Positions 40,928 to 53,729 of a stretch of 64,000 nt of DNA are shown here, piece by piece. Source of the DNA: Azolla caroliniana (Eukaryota; Plantae; Polypodiophyta); assembly GCA_043228905.1 (NCBI GenBank), contig JBHGNT010000020.1:1798001-1862000 (forward strand), written 5' to 3'. The translations under genes were made by a program, and so were the position numbers. The first letter of the stretch is position 1. Each line of letters opens with the position of its first letter. Below the pieces are notes generated by a model. It made no database searches. It saw nothing but the letters and a program-made list of their open reading frames with translations, and was not told the DNA's origin.

Positions 40928-43900
40928 TGTAGAAAGTCGCGTGCGGAAGCAAGTATGAATACCGAACAGAAGATAGAAAACTCAGGTTTAATGGAGAGCT
41001 TGAGCTTACGCAGTATACGCGGGAGAGACAGAGAGAGAAAGAAGAACTATATTAAACAACAAAAGATCTCGATTCACTACTCTATACACATGTGTGTTCC
41101 ATGAACACTTTTATACAAGTCCTCGAAGGACTGACCGAAGTACTGACCGTACTTCAATGCTCATTAAGAGCTCCTACACTAACTCCCAAATATATTCCTC
41201 ACGGAATATCTTTCCTAACGGCCTCCCGGTTTACGCACACGGCCTAACCGATCGGTCCCAACCGATTCGGTCCTTGGCTTCTTCAGCCGATCCGACCGAT
41301 GTTGAGCTTGTCTCTCAACACTCCCCCTCAAGCTCAACTCGAGGCTCTTCGGGATCCTCGGGCTCACACCTCCGGTTCCTCCTGGCTTCACGCCTCGCTC
41401 GCGCTCCTCGACCTGTTCGACTACGCGCGCTTCGACCCTTCTGGTCGGCTTGTCTGCTCATGCGGCCCTTATCAGCTCTTTTGCTGTTGCGGTGTTGACG
41501 CTTCTCCTGCTGCCTTTTCTTCCGCTTGGGCCTCGGTTGATTCAGCGTGTCTGAATCAAACATCCGAACCGACTCGGCTACCTCCGATCGGTTTTCGCTC
41601 TCGCCCGAGTTGGCTGTCTCCAACTCGTCTTAGGTCTTCTCGCCCTTGGTGGCGTCATCTTCCCCATGCGTGGTTGGCTTCGGCTCTCTCCTTCGGTTGC
41701 TCCCCTTCTGTCCTCTTCCGAATTTTTCCGCGAGTCTGCCCTCGGCTTCTTCAGCCGATCTGAAGTCGAACTCGACAACCGAGTCAACCGACTCGGTGGT
41801 GTCGCGGTCTCCGCTCCTTTCCTGCTGCCTTGCTTGGTCGTTCGGGACTGTTCTGCCCCTCAAGTTTGGCACGTCAAGGTGACACAATCCGAGCGCACCT
41901 GAGAATTGCCGCAACTTGTCTAGACCAAGAGGCTTGGTGAAGATGTCGGAAGTCTGCCGATCCGTCGGAACGTACTGAAGTTCGACTTCACCGGAAAGGA
42001 CATGTTCACGGACGAAATGGTAGTGCACCTCAATGTGCTTGGTCCGTGCGTGGAAAACGGGGTTTTTCGCGAGCTGGATGCTGCTGAGGTTGTCGCAGTA
42101 GATCGTCGTTGGATCGGACACCTCCTCTTGCAGGTCCTTAAGTAGCCACTTCAACCATATGGCTTCGCATGTCGCGACAGCCGCTCCTCGGTACTCAGCT
42201 TCGGTGCTCGACAGTGCAACTGTTGGCTGCTTCTTACTGCTCCACGTGATCGCGGCACTCCCGAGGGAGAACGCGTATCCGGACGTGGATCGGCGATCGG
42301 CGGCGTTGCCAGCCCAATCAACATTGGTGTAGCCGACTAACTGCACGGCTGCACCGGTCCGATATAGCAGTCCCCGGTCCTTAGTGCCGTTGACATACCG
42401 AAGTATGCGTTGCGCGCACTGAAGGTGCTCCTCGGTAGGTCGCGCCATGAATTGACTGATCACTCCGACCGGATAACTGAGGTCGGGTCGGGTGATGGTC
42501 AAGTATATGAGGCTTCCGACAATTTGTCGGAACCTTGTCGGGTCGCATACCTTTCCCGTATCGGGACGAAGCTTGACGGTTCTGTCTAGAGGAGTCGAGA
42601 CGGACTTACAGTCGGCCATCCCGAATTTGAAGAGCATACTCAGCATGTAATGATGTTGGCTGATCAATATGCCTTCGGGGGTACGGATCACTTCGATCCC
42701 GAGGAAGTAATGAAGGTCCCCCAGATCCTTCATGTCGAACGATGCCGCAAGCTGGAGCTTCACGCGGTCGATTTCACGTAGGTCAGCGCCGGTGATGACC
42801 AAGTCATCAACATATAGTAAAATACTAACCGGTCCGAGTCGACCTTTCCGGATGAACAGGGAAAAGTCCGATTTTGACGTGACGAAGCCCATCCGACACA
42901 GTTGTTGCGTGATCTTCGCGTTCCAGGCACGCGGGGCTTGCTTCAGTCCGTAAAGGGACTTCTTCAGTCGGCATACTGCCGAGGAGTTCGTTCCAGAGTG
43001 AAATCCGGGAGGTTGTACCATGTACACCTGTTCCTCAAGGTCACCTTGCAGGAACGCATTCTTTACATCCATCTGATGTAGGTGCCACCCCTTGGCCGCG
43101 GCTACTGCGAGCAAAACACGGACGGTCGTCATTTTCGCGACCGGTGCAAACGTTTCATCGTAGTCGATGCCGTGTTTCTGCGCATAGCCCTTTGCCACTA
43201 GCCGAGCCTTGTACTGGTTGACCGAGCCATCAGTGTTGTACTTGACCTTGTACACCCACCTACACCCGATCGTTTTAGCCCTGTTGGTGCGCCAACCAGG
43301 TCCCAGGTCTCGTTCTCCGCCAATGCATGCATCTCTTCCTCCATCGCGGCACGCCAATTCGCGTCTTTAGCTGCTTCTGCGTAGCTCTCCGGCTCACGCA
43401 CTTCCACTACACGGGTCATGTACGCATAATGATGCGCCATGTACTCGTTGTATCCGAACCGCAAAACAGGGTTCTTCTGGCGGGTAGATCGGCGTAATCT
43501 AGCATTAGCCGATGTCGAGGCCTTCTCGGTCGACGCGAACTTCACCTTTAAAGACTCGTCATCGGTTCCCTCGGAGTCGAACTCGCATCGGTCTGACTCG
43601 TTCCTATCCGTGCCGGAATCCGACACCTTCTTCTTCCCTTTCTCTTTGTGCGTAAGCCGTCTCCTCGGCTTCCTGCGCGGGGAATGCACGACCGAGTCTC
43701 CACTACTCGCCGGCTCTTCATCGGACTGGTCATACGGACTCAGTCGTCCAATCGGTGCACTCGGTCCACTTAAACGGAGTGAAATCGGACTCTCTTCGCG
43801 GGTCTCGATTTTGGGCTCATCCGGAGGCATCTCGGCCTCTCTGACCTCATCGTCAGAGCTCGGATTGGAGTCGGGGTTCGGAGTCGGGGGTTGGTACCAG

Positions 43901-46615
43901 GACGCGGACTCGTCAAACACAACGTCACGGCTGACACGCACTTGTTTGGTGCGAGGGTTATAGCACTTATAACCCTTCTGCTCGTCCGAGTAACCGACAA
44001 AGATGCATTTCTCGGCCTTTTCGTCCAGCTTCCTCCTTTTCTCCTTCGGTACATGCACATACGCAATGCTACCGAACACCCTCAAGTGTCGCAAGTTCGG
44101 CTTCGTTTCGAAATATAGCTCGTGCGCTGACACTTTGTCTCCGATCCGGTTCTGGATGTATACCGCGGTCCTTACCGCCTCGGCCCAGTAGAACTTGGGC
44201 AAGCTCTTCTCCTCCAGCATTGCCCGTGCCGCGTCCACAATCGACCGATTCTTCCTCTCGGCCATGCCGTTCTGCTCCGGCGTGTATCTACAACTGAATT
44301 CGCGTTGAATTCCCATTTGTTGTAGATAACCGTTGAATTGACTAGAAAAGTACTCTTTCCTGCCATCCGGCTGCAGGCACTGGATCTTTCGTCCCGTTTC
44401 CGTTTCCACGAACCCTTTGAGGTCCTGGAAACAGTTGAAGACTTCGCTCTTCCTCTCAATGAGGTAGATCCACGTGTGCCGCATGTGGTCGTCAATGAAG
44501 GAGACGAAATATCAGCTCTCGCCAAGACTAACGTTTTGTGTCGGCCCCCATACATCGGAGTGTATAAGGTCGAGCTTGTTCCGGCTCCGGTTTCGCTCGT
44601 TGGGTAAAGGAAGTCGGTGTTGCTTCCCGAGCTGGCAGGCTTCACAAATTTATGCCTTTCGGCCACTAAATTTGGGCAATCCTAACACTACCTGTTTCGA
44701 TTGAAGATCTTGAAGCCGCTGGTAGTTGACGTGGCCTATCCGCTTGTGCCACAAGTCGATGTCCGACTCGGATTTTTGTCCCTGCGGAGCCGCCGTCAGT
44801 GGAATCAAGGATGAACATCCTCCCGTCTCTGCGCCCTTGCGCAATCACACGGCCTTCTTCCTCAATGAAGCACCCGAGGTGTGTAAACCGAACCTCCATC
44901 CCTTGGTCGACGATCTGTCCGACCGAGACCAAGTTCTTCGTGATTGTCAGAACGTGCAGTACGTTCATGAGTTTCCCTTTCTGCCCGACATGGCTAAGGG
45001 GAACTTCTTCGACATTCGCGATCGGATGCGGAGTGTCGTCTCCAGTTGCGACTACTCCAGGTTGTATCTGTTTTTCAAGGTACGAGAACCACTCCTTATG
45101 ACTCGTCATGTGGTTCGACGCGCCAGAGTCTACGTACCACACCTCGTCCGATCTCGGAGTGGTCCGTTTCATTGAGTTTGCTTCATGTCTCGTCACGAAG
45201 ACAGACCCTTCTCCAGCTCTCCCGGAGTCTTCGGCGTAGTGCGACCGCTGCCGATTTCCCTTGTCGGTATGTCCGGAGCCGTTTCCGGAACCGGTTCTCT
45301 CCGAATCGGCGCGCTTCTTCCAGCACTCACTTTCCCTGTGGCCTTTCTTGCCACAGTAGCAGCACTCTGCGATGACCTTCCCTTGCCGGTTCTCATCGCT
45401 TCGAATCCCCCTGTTTCCGGAGGGTCCGGAGTTGCTGTCAGCATCACTTCAGTGCCTTCTTCCTTGATCTCGTCGGCCGCTTCCATTGCGTACCGACTCG
45501 CCTCGTCCGCCACGACCACGGGGCCTTTCTCCCTCCGTGTACAACATCTTGCTGTTGGTGTGTGTGCTCGTCGACGCACCCGCGTGGTTCTCCTCTACTA
45601 GGAGCATCGACTGTAAGTCGAAAAAGGACGACGTATTCTCCCGGGTACACACAGCCGTTCGGAACGCTCCGAACTTCGATGCCAAACCTCCGAGACAGAT
45701 CTGGACCATCTCGCTCTCCTCGATGTTCACCTCTATGGAGGCGAGGGAGTCGTAGATATCCTTGATCTTCGAGGTATAGTCCACCACTGACAAGTCGCGT
45801 TGTCGTAGGTTGCTCAACTCCTGTCGGAGTTGGAGCTTCTTGGCTGTGGTGCTCGCGGCGAAAATCTTCTTTAGATTTTCCCACGCACCCTTCAACGTCT
45901 TTGCATCCCGGACATAGCTCAATAGTTGTTCGCCCACACACGACGCGAAGCAGTATAATACCCTGCTCACCGATTGCTCCTACGACGGGAAGTCTCTGTG
46001 TGTCGATTCGGGTGCCGCGTCATTAGCTCCTTCGACATAACTCCAGTAGCCGTGCCCGAGTAGGTACTGGTGCATCTTGTAGGACCAAGACGCGTAGTTC
46101 GTTCTGTCGAGCTTCTTTGTTGGAAGCGAGCTCGCCATGCCTCTATCCATCATTCTTCTTGTTCTTCTTCGTCACTGTGTCGGCTGGAGAGAGGTTCTCA
46201 ACCCTCGCGCTCTGATACCATGTAGAAAGTAGCGTGCGGAAGCAAGTATGAAGACCAAACAAAAGATAGAAAAATCAGGTTTAATGGAGAGCTTGAGCTT
46301 ACGCAGTATACGCGGGAGAGACAGAGAGAGAGAGAGAAGAACTATATTAAACAACAAAAGATCTCGATTCACTACTCTATACACATGTGTGTTCCATGAA
46401 CACTTTTTTTCAAGTCCTCGAAGGACTGATCGAAGTACTGACCGTACTTTAATGCTCATTAAGAGCTCCTACACTAACTCCCAAATATATTCCTCGCGGA
46501 ATATCTTTCCTAACGGCCTCCCGGTTTACGCACTCGGCCTAACCGATCGGTCCCAACCGATCCGGTCCTCGGCTTCTTCAGCCGATCCGACCGATGTTGA
46601 GCTTGTCTCTCAACA
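40928..46615 (-). mobile_element. Full-length Ty1/copia element B (same lineage as A, different LTR)
   Basis: TSD ATGAT (40923-40927, 46616-46620). 3' LTR 40928-41320, 5' LTR 46221-46615. PBS ending 46220, PPT 41321-41332. Confidence 0.97.
41630..46150 (-). pseudogene. copia B gag-pol, multiple stops/frameshifts
   Basis: Gag starts MDRGMASSLP..KLDRTNYASWSYKMHQYLLGHG as in element A, with a TAG near 45980. Protease, integrase, RT and RNase H are split over several frames. Confidence 0.92.
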
Positions 46616-49600
46616 ATGATGTTGCCCAAGACTATAACGACATGTCATGCCATTGAAGTGCAATAAATGACCTTGGTCATTTACCACATCTGCAATGGAT
46701 TTCAACCCCTTCTTTGTTGAAAAGAAAGCTTTCATAGGCTCTTGTTCAGCTAGTGACTGTGGGAATATAGCACACTAGTGTAACCTTTCGAGGTGTAAAG
46801 AGTTCCATGATTCTGAATTCCTACCTCTCCATTTTACAATACTTCCTTCCAATGCTTTAGAAGCTTTGAGCTAAACGGACAACCTTTGATGTGCCCTTCA
46901 AGCTTTCCAAACACTACATCCCAATGGTTAGTATCCCATGAGCCAAATGACTTGGTTTGCAAATGATCAAACATATCAGATAACATTCTTGCCCAAGGCA
47001 ATGTTTTTTCAGCAAATTTTGGCAATAAAGTAGCTTTTCTAACAAACATATGCAAATGAAAATTAAGAATATTTAGCCCTCCACTCAATCGTGGAGTGCA
47101 TATCTTCTCTAGTGATAAAAGTCATATACCTCTATGCGACTGCTTAGAGCACCAAAAGTTGCTTATGATTTCTGAGTTAATCTTTTTTATCATGTGTTTC
47201 AGCCAATCAATCATAATTAAGTAATACTGCATGTAAGCCATGAATATAGATTGCACTATCCAGAATCTGACATGGAGTAGCCATGTTGCAATCTTCCAAT
47301 AGCTGAGCTTTTGTCTCATTTTTTGCAGAACCCATTCAACCTTTCTTTTCCCTGTTGCATTCCATCCCAATGGATAGCCAAGATGTCTAACCATTTCATT
47401 TGGGTTAACAACTTGACCTGGCCACAAAAGTTGATGCCAACTATATGGTGTCAAGGGTAGAAGTTTGGACTTCTTGAAGTTAACATGCAATCTAGGAGCT
47501 AATCCATACAATTTGAGGGCATCCATAATCGTCCTCATATCATTTGGGTTGTTTTGTGACAGGAATGATGTATCATCTGCATATGCCCGAGCCACGAAAT
47601 CATGTCCGTCTTTCATTTGCAAACCGTGAAGTTGACCAATTAATACTAGATGATCCATGTACAATAGTAGTGCATGAGTTGTGATTACATACAATAAAGC
47701 ACTGACAAGACAACCTTGTCGTACTAATTTGGCTAAGCTCCATGAATCTATCAATTCACCCTCAATAATGCATGAAGATGTGCTAGACCCATAAAGCCAA
47801 TAGATTACTTGAGACATTCTCGGACCAAATCCTAGTTTGACCATTGTGGTTGCCACAAAATCCCATTGGATGGTGTCAAAGGCCTTTTCAATGTCAATTT
47901 GCATGAGCAATACATCTTGTTTGGTGTATTTGGCATACTCCATTCCAATATAGGCATTAGCAATATTATCTGTAATTTGCCTTCGGGGAATGAACCCGTA
48001 CTAGTTTACGTGGATGTCTCCCAACAAAGTGTCCTTAATATGATTAGCAATTATCTTTGCAATAAGTTTATAGATCAATGGCATGAGAGTGATTGGTCGC
48101 CAATCCAAAAAAGATTCACATAGTTTTTTTGGGGGTATTAATTTGACCAAAACTTCTTTCCATGAGATCGGCATATCCCATTGTTGCCAAGCATTATTTG
48201 CCATAGATAGGATTAAATCCTTAAGGACATCCCAAAATTCTGCAAAGAACTCTAACGTAATACTATCCCAACCAGGCGCTTTGCCTTTCATGAGGCCCTT
48301 CCGAGCCTCCAAAAGCTCTTTCATTGTGAATGTTGCATCCAAAGCAATAGCTTTATCAACAGAAATAGTGGGTTGAACTAGTGACAAGAATGTATCTCTG
48401 GCATGTTTAACTACATCTGTAACAACTACATTGTTCTCAAAGATGTGAGAGAAGTGAGTTACACATTACTTGGCTAGTTCAAGTCGGTTTGTAGTCCACA
48501 AACCATCACCAGTTTTGATGAATTTAATGGATTCCTTTTGGCATATTAGATGCAACCTTTTGAAGAAGGATTTAGAAGTCTAGCATCCTTTGTATTTCAA
48601 TGGAAACTGTCTTGACCTAACTTGCCATTTTTCCAATTTATTTTTGTCATGTAGCATCAATGTGTGTTTGCCATACATAATGCATCCTCTTCATGTAAGA
48701 CAAAGATCTTCTATGTGCTAACTTCGTTAGGGCTTGACAAGTAAATTTGGCTTGTTGAGACTGTGCAATCTCTTTGTCTTGAGACATACCACTTCCCACA
48801 CTCTTGTATTATTGTTTGTAATCTATGTACAAAATGTACCCACGCTATATCAACATCTATGTTGACTTCTACATAAAGAGGAGGTATTATGTCATAGACC
48901 ATCCTCTTGAAGAGTTCATGGTTGAGGTAGCTATTGTTAATGAGCATAAGTCTCTTCCTTTGGAGATGCACTTCATAGGAATGATTCCCAAATTGAAGGT
49001 CTAGCCAGACAGGAGCATGATCTGACAACTGCAAAGCACGATCTATATGCATTGTACATGTGAAATTTTCATATTGACTAGCATGCAACAAATACCATCT
49101 ATTAAGCCTTGTATAGTATGCGGAGTGGGTGGTGTGATGAAAGGTAAAACTAGGAACATGTGGGTGTGTCATTTGCCATAAATCAACCCAACCCAATGAG
49201 CTTTGCATATTATACCACTAACCTTGTTCCTCTCTCAACATATGTGAGTTCCCACTAGTGTTATCACCTGCATTTGGAGAGTTGTTGAAATCTCCACATA
49301 TAAATGCATTTTGTGGCCATGGATAAGCACAAATGCCTTGCCAAAGTAAAGCTTTGTCCCTTGAGGCATTCGGGGCGTATATTCCAACAAAATCATATGT
49401 CTCACCATATATCATGCATTGCACAACCATCCACCTCCCACGTTGATCATTATAGGCAACCGTAGGATTTAACTCATGTTTTATGATCATAAGCACTCCA
49501 GATATTGTACCTTCATATGCATAGAAGATGTCAAAACCTCCAAATGAACCAACTTGACCACTAAATTCGACTTGTTTATGTTCTTGAACAAAAATTACAT

Positions 49601-51101
49601 CTGCTTGAGAAGAGGTAATATAGTTCCAAAATAGTTTCCATTTACTAGGGTTACAAAGACCTCGTATATTAGTATCACTGCCATGCTTATTTGCATGAAG
49701 ACCAATATCTGCATTTGATCCATCTTTGTAAATGTTCACATATGAGCCTCTACTCACCCTTTTCTAGGCTTCTGAGACTGAAGAGAGCATTGAAGCATTA
49801 ACCTGTGAAGATGAACCTTGATTCTCAAGTGCATGAGTGTAATTCCTCACCACCACAAGTGTCTTGCTTCTAAAGGATTTCTTAGATATTTGTCATCCTT
49901 CAGTGTTCTCTTTGTCCACATCAAAGGCTTGTCTCAAATCGTGCATGTTTGATTGCACATTACCAATTGTGTGCAGGACTTTACTTTTCCCTTTGTCTTG
50001 TACTCTTGGTTTCTGGATGGGTTGCATCATAGATTGGTTTGTTGACTTTGAAGTAGAAACCTAACTATTTTCTTTCAATGATGCAGGTTTCAACATTGCG
50101 GTTTCAGGTGGCTGAATAGTCAGTGTTGGGCATTCTGATTGCATATGACCAAACTTGTTACACATGTAACATGCACCTGCAAATTTGCCCCATTTCAGCT
50201 TAAAAGTTCTTGCACCAATAGTTGGATCATCCGAGTTGAGGGTAATATCTTCCAAGATTGGAACATCTATGTCTCAAAGAATGCAAAATCTATTAGAAGT
50301 ACTTGTAGTTTTTGGGGGGCATACTACTCTCTCCATTCCCGCTGCAATTGTAGGTAACAAGTGATTCCAATTTCGTGGAAAGTCAAGCACTTCCACCTAG
50401 ATAAGACATTTGTGACGAATTAGCCCTTGATAGTCTTTTGTCAAAGACCACGGTTATGCATGAACCATTTGATCTCTATATGTAAAAGGAGATTCTTCAA
50501 ATAATTGTGTTTTGTACTTCAGTTCTAATAGCAATACTTTGTAAAACCCTCTAGCAGCAAAATAAACTCCACTAACTACATAGACTTTAAACATGGCATT
50601 TATCCATTGAGCCGCGTCATTTTCCCAAGAAAGAAAAGAATAATAGCATTTGACATGTACACTTTAAAATGATTCAACAAGTCCTATGAAGGGATAGTAA
50701 ATGTCTTGCTTGGCAAAAAGGCCCATCCCATGTCTTTCTAGGCTTTACAAAGTCCTCTACCAGACTATCCTGAAGCCATTTTGTATCTACAAGATCTTCT
50801 ATAGTTTCTTTCCTCTTCTTATTCCACACAGAAGATGATTGAGCCATCCTTGACAACAATAATGTGGTAGACCTGCTACTTTGTGTGTTGAAATATGGAG
50901 AAGTCTAACAAAGGTAATGAGAGGAGCAAACCTGGTGTCTCACAGCTTAGGTCGAAATAGGCAGGTCTTGAAGTCTGCACTCTGTTCAGATTTGAGTGAA
51001 TCTGACATGCTCAATCCATCCAGAAGGCGCCAAAACCCCCAAAACAACTCATACCTAGTCTGATTCCGACTCATGAGGGAGATATGAGAGTTGAAAGGTA
51101 A

Positions 51102-51141
<40 letters not shown>

Positions 51142-51814
51142 AATATATATATACAACATGAGTTAGAGTTGATACAACAAATAAAAAAGTACCAGGCGTC
51201 AAAAGGGTAAAAAATAGAGCATGTAAGTAGGACAGAAAGTAAGGTGCACGCTAACATAAAAAAACGCTCACTAACTTTATTCAAGGGAGAGCTCTTTCAT
51301 CCTATAAAAGGGTGACGATAACATATACAGAGGGGGAGAAGGAAAGAGAGAGACGTGAAAGCTCTACCAAATTGAGAAGTGAAGAAGCTAGGGTAGCGAA
51401 TGAAAAGAGAATGTAAAACCAACATCGACAATACGCAACATGGTTGTCGATCATTGGGAGTTTACACTGAAACTCGAGGATATGCCCCTAAAAGCGTCAC
51501 TCGAGATATTATCTTTATCAATTATTCTTTTCTTCTTTATCTTCTTCTTCTCCTCAACATACTTCCTATTTTAGGGTTTAATTTTCTTCTTCTTCGTGAA
51601 ATTTAGGGTTCTTCATTCATGTTTAATTTCTGAAATTTACCATCGTTGTAATAAAAAACCCTAAAAAACTTGGAATCCCTATTTTACAAAGGGAATTTCT
51701 TTCTTAATCTAGTAATTTCGGACTTAATATTGAAAAAATCATTCATAGTTTCATGATCTTTGGGTTAATTACGTGATTCAATCCTAATCTTTCGTATCAT
51801 TCGTTGTTCGGGTA

Positions 51815-52135
51815 GTTGCTACCTTCGACTCAAATTAGTCGTTGACTCTGTAGAACGTTCGACTTTGATCTACCTTTGACTCTAACCCTACTTTCAACTT
51901 TGACCTACTTTTTCACCTGTAGAGCCTTCAACCCTGACTTACCTTGACTCCACAGAGCCATTGAGTCTTCGAGTCTGTCTTACCTTTGACTTTGCAGAGC
52001 CTTTGAGTCTGACCATAATTCAACTCTTAGGATCTTTCGACTCTGACTAAACTTTGAGTCTAGGTTACCTTGGACTCTATAGAGCCTTCGAGTCTAACAA
52101 TCTTTCAATTCTTAGGATCTTTCGACTTTGACGAG
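51815..52135. repeat. Degenerate short tandem repeats (ctacctt(t)gact / agagcctt(c)gagtct)
   Basis: Recurrent motifs visible. Probably TE-derived. Confidence 0.5.
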
Positions 52136-53729
52136 CTTTCGGATCATCCATCTTCTCTTATTGAAGTCCCCAGTGGTTCCGCTCAACTTTGCGATAGCGT
52201 AAGTGAGGCCTCAATGACACCCCTTATCTCAGATCCACACCAAGGCTTGACCACCTCTTCTCGTTATTTTCTCTTGCTTGTTTTACCCGAAAAAAGGGTC
52301 TTTGTAAAAACCACCATATTCACGGTAATTATTGGTGTACCCATTTATAAATGTACTCATTCTTAATTAAGCGTGAAATTCTTCTACATTGAAACATGTG
52401 AAAGGCAAGGATCAAGCCCTCAACACTTAAACATTTGAAAGAACCCAAGACCCACTGTGACTTCCCTATAAAAAAGAGCAAGGGGCTATGAAGAAATCAT
52501 GGAGAACTTTGTGATTAAGAAGTCATGAAGGACAAGGCTCAACACCAAGTTCAATGTCTCTCAAAAAAGGGGCCATGGAAGCATGTTGACTACGACATAA
52601 ATGGAAGGGCAAAACAAAATGGTAATCGAAATGAGTAATGTTTATATGCAAATTCCATGAAGGTAGCAACAAGAACATAATTTGAATCCTTGCAAGGGAT
52701 TGCACAAGCCATGGTATCAAAGTATGTCCGAAAACATTTTGCCATTGGACCTACTTTGAGAAACAAGGGTGAGAGTTTTCACAACACCATGCCAAACCAA
52801 GTACATCTAACAAAGGCAACAATCCAAGGGTGATGATCACTCCACAATCCAAATGAGGTCTTTCCCAATTAGGGAATTAGCATTCTTTCAATCCACTAAT
52901 CATTCCACGATCCAAATGAGGTCCTTTCCCAATTAGGGTATTAGGGTTCATTCATTTGCTAAATTACAACTAGCATTATGTATTGAGCCAAATTTAAAGA
53001 GATTAAATATCATACTACATGATCCAATACAAAATTATGCTACTTGCTCCAAGTACATAAGAACATTTCATGCCTATATAGCATTACTCTCTCACTATCA
53101 CCTTGCTTTCCTTTTTTCATGACCAAAAACGCTCCAACAAATTGCAATCACATTGCTATTTATGATAACATCATACATAATCATGTAAACAAAATCACAT
53201 CATGTGCTCTTTACAATGACTCGTCATATGCAATCATGTAAATGAAGTGATTACGTTATGCATAGGCAGGCATTACTTCCAACGATAATAAATTCTTTAC
53301 TCATGATTCCTATATCAAATTATTGTTTATTGATGCAGAAATAATCATTGATTGAACCAAAGACTAGTGAAAATTTGCAACAATCTCAACGTTCATATTA
53401 TTACACTAGAAGTGAAGAAATAACAACTAAATAATAATAAAAGTTCCATCCTCACTTTTCAACTAAAGAAATTTCCCCACCTGCAGTGGCACTCTGTATT
53501 AACAATTTTACACGATATTGTATAGCTTTTTCCTGAATATGAAAGCTGTAAAATAATAATAAGGATGATAATATTCAAGGGAGTAAAATTTCCATTGCAA
53601 ATGGCAGAAGCTTCGATAAATAATTTTCCGTTGGATTCTTTAGTAATGTCGCAAAAAAGCAACGGAGAAGCTAGATTTTTTGTTCGCCATTAGTCAGATT
53701 CTTCGTAGAGAGCAAAAGATAGCTGAAAA

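Larger units (their letters stand above)
40150..50900 (-). mobile_element. Decayed L1-type LINE, interrupted by copia B
   Basis: ORF1 remnant with CYMCNKFGHMQSEC knuckle (~50150). ORF2: endonuclease (NIRGL, FVQEHK, GIYAPN, CGDFN, SDH), RT (KAPGWD, WRPITL, DIEKAFD, VRQGC, YADD) and C-terminal zf-RVT-like piece (SPHCARC, ~40560). Boundaries approximate; no poly(A) tail or TSD seen. Confidence 0.88.

Noticed and set aside
32711-46619. Numerous antisense/alternate-frame ORFs over copia A and B
   Set aside because: By-products of GC-rich retroelement coding sequence.
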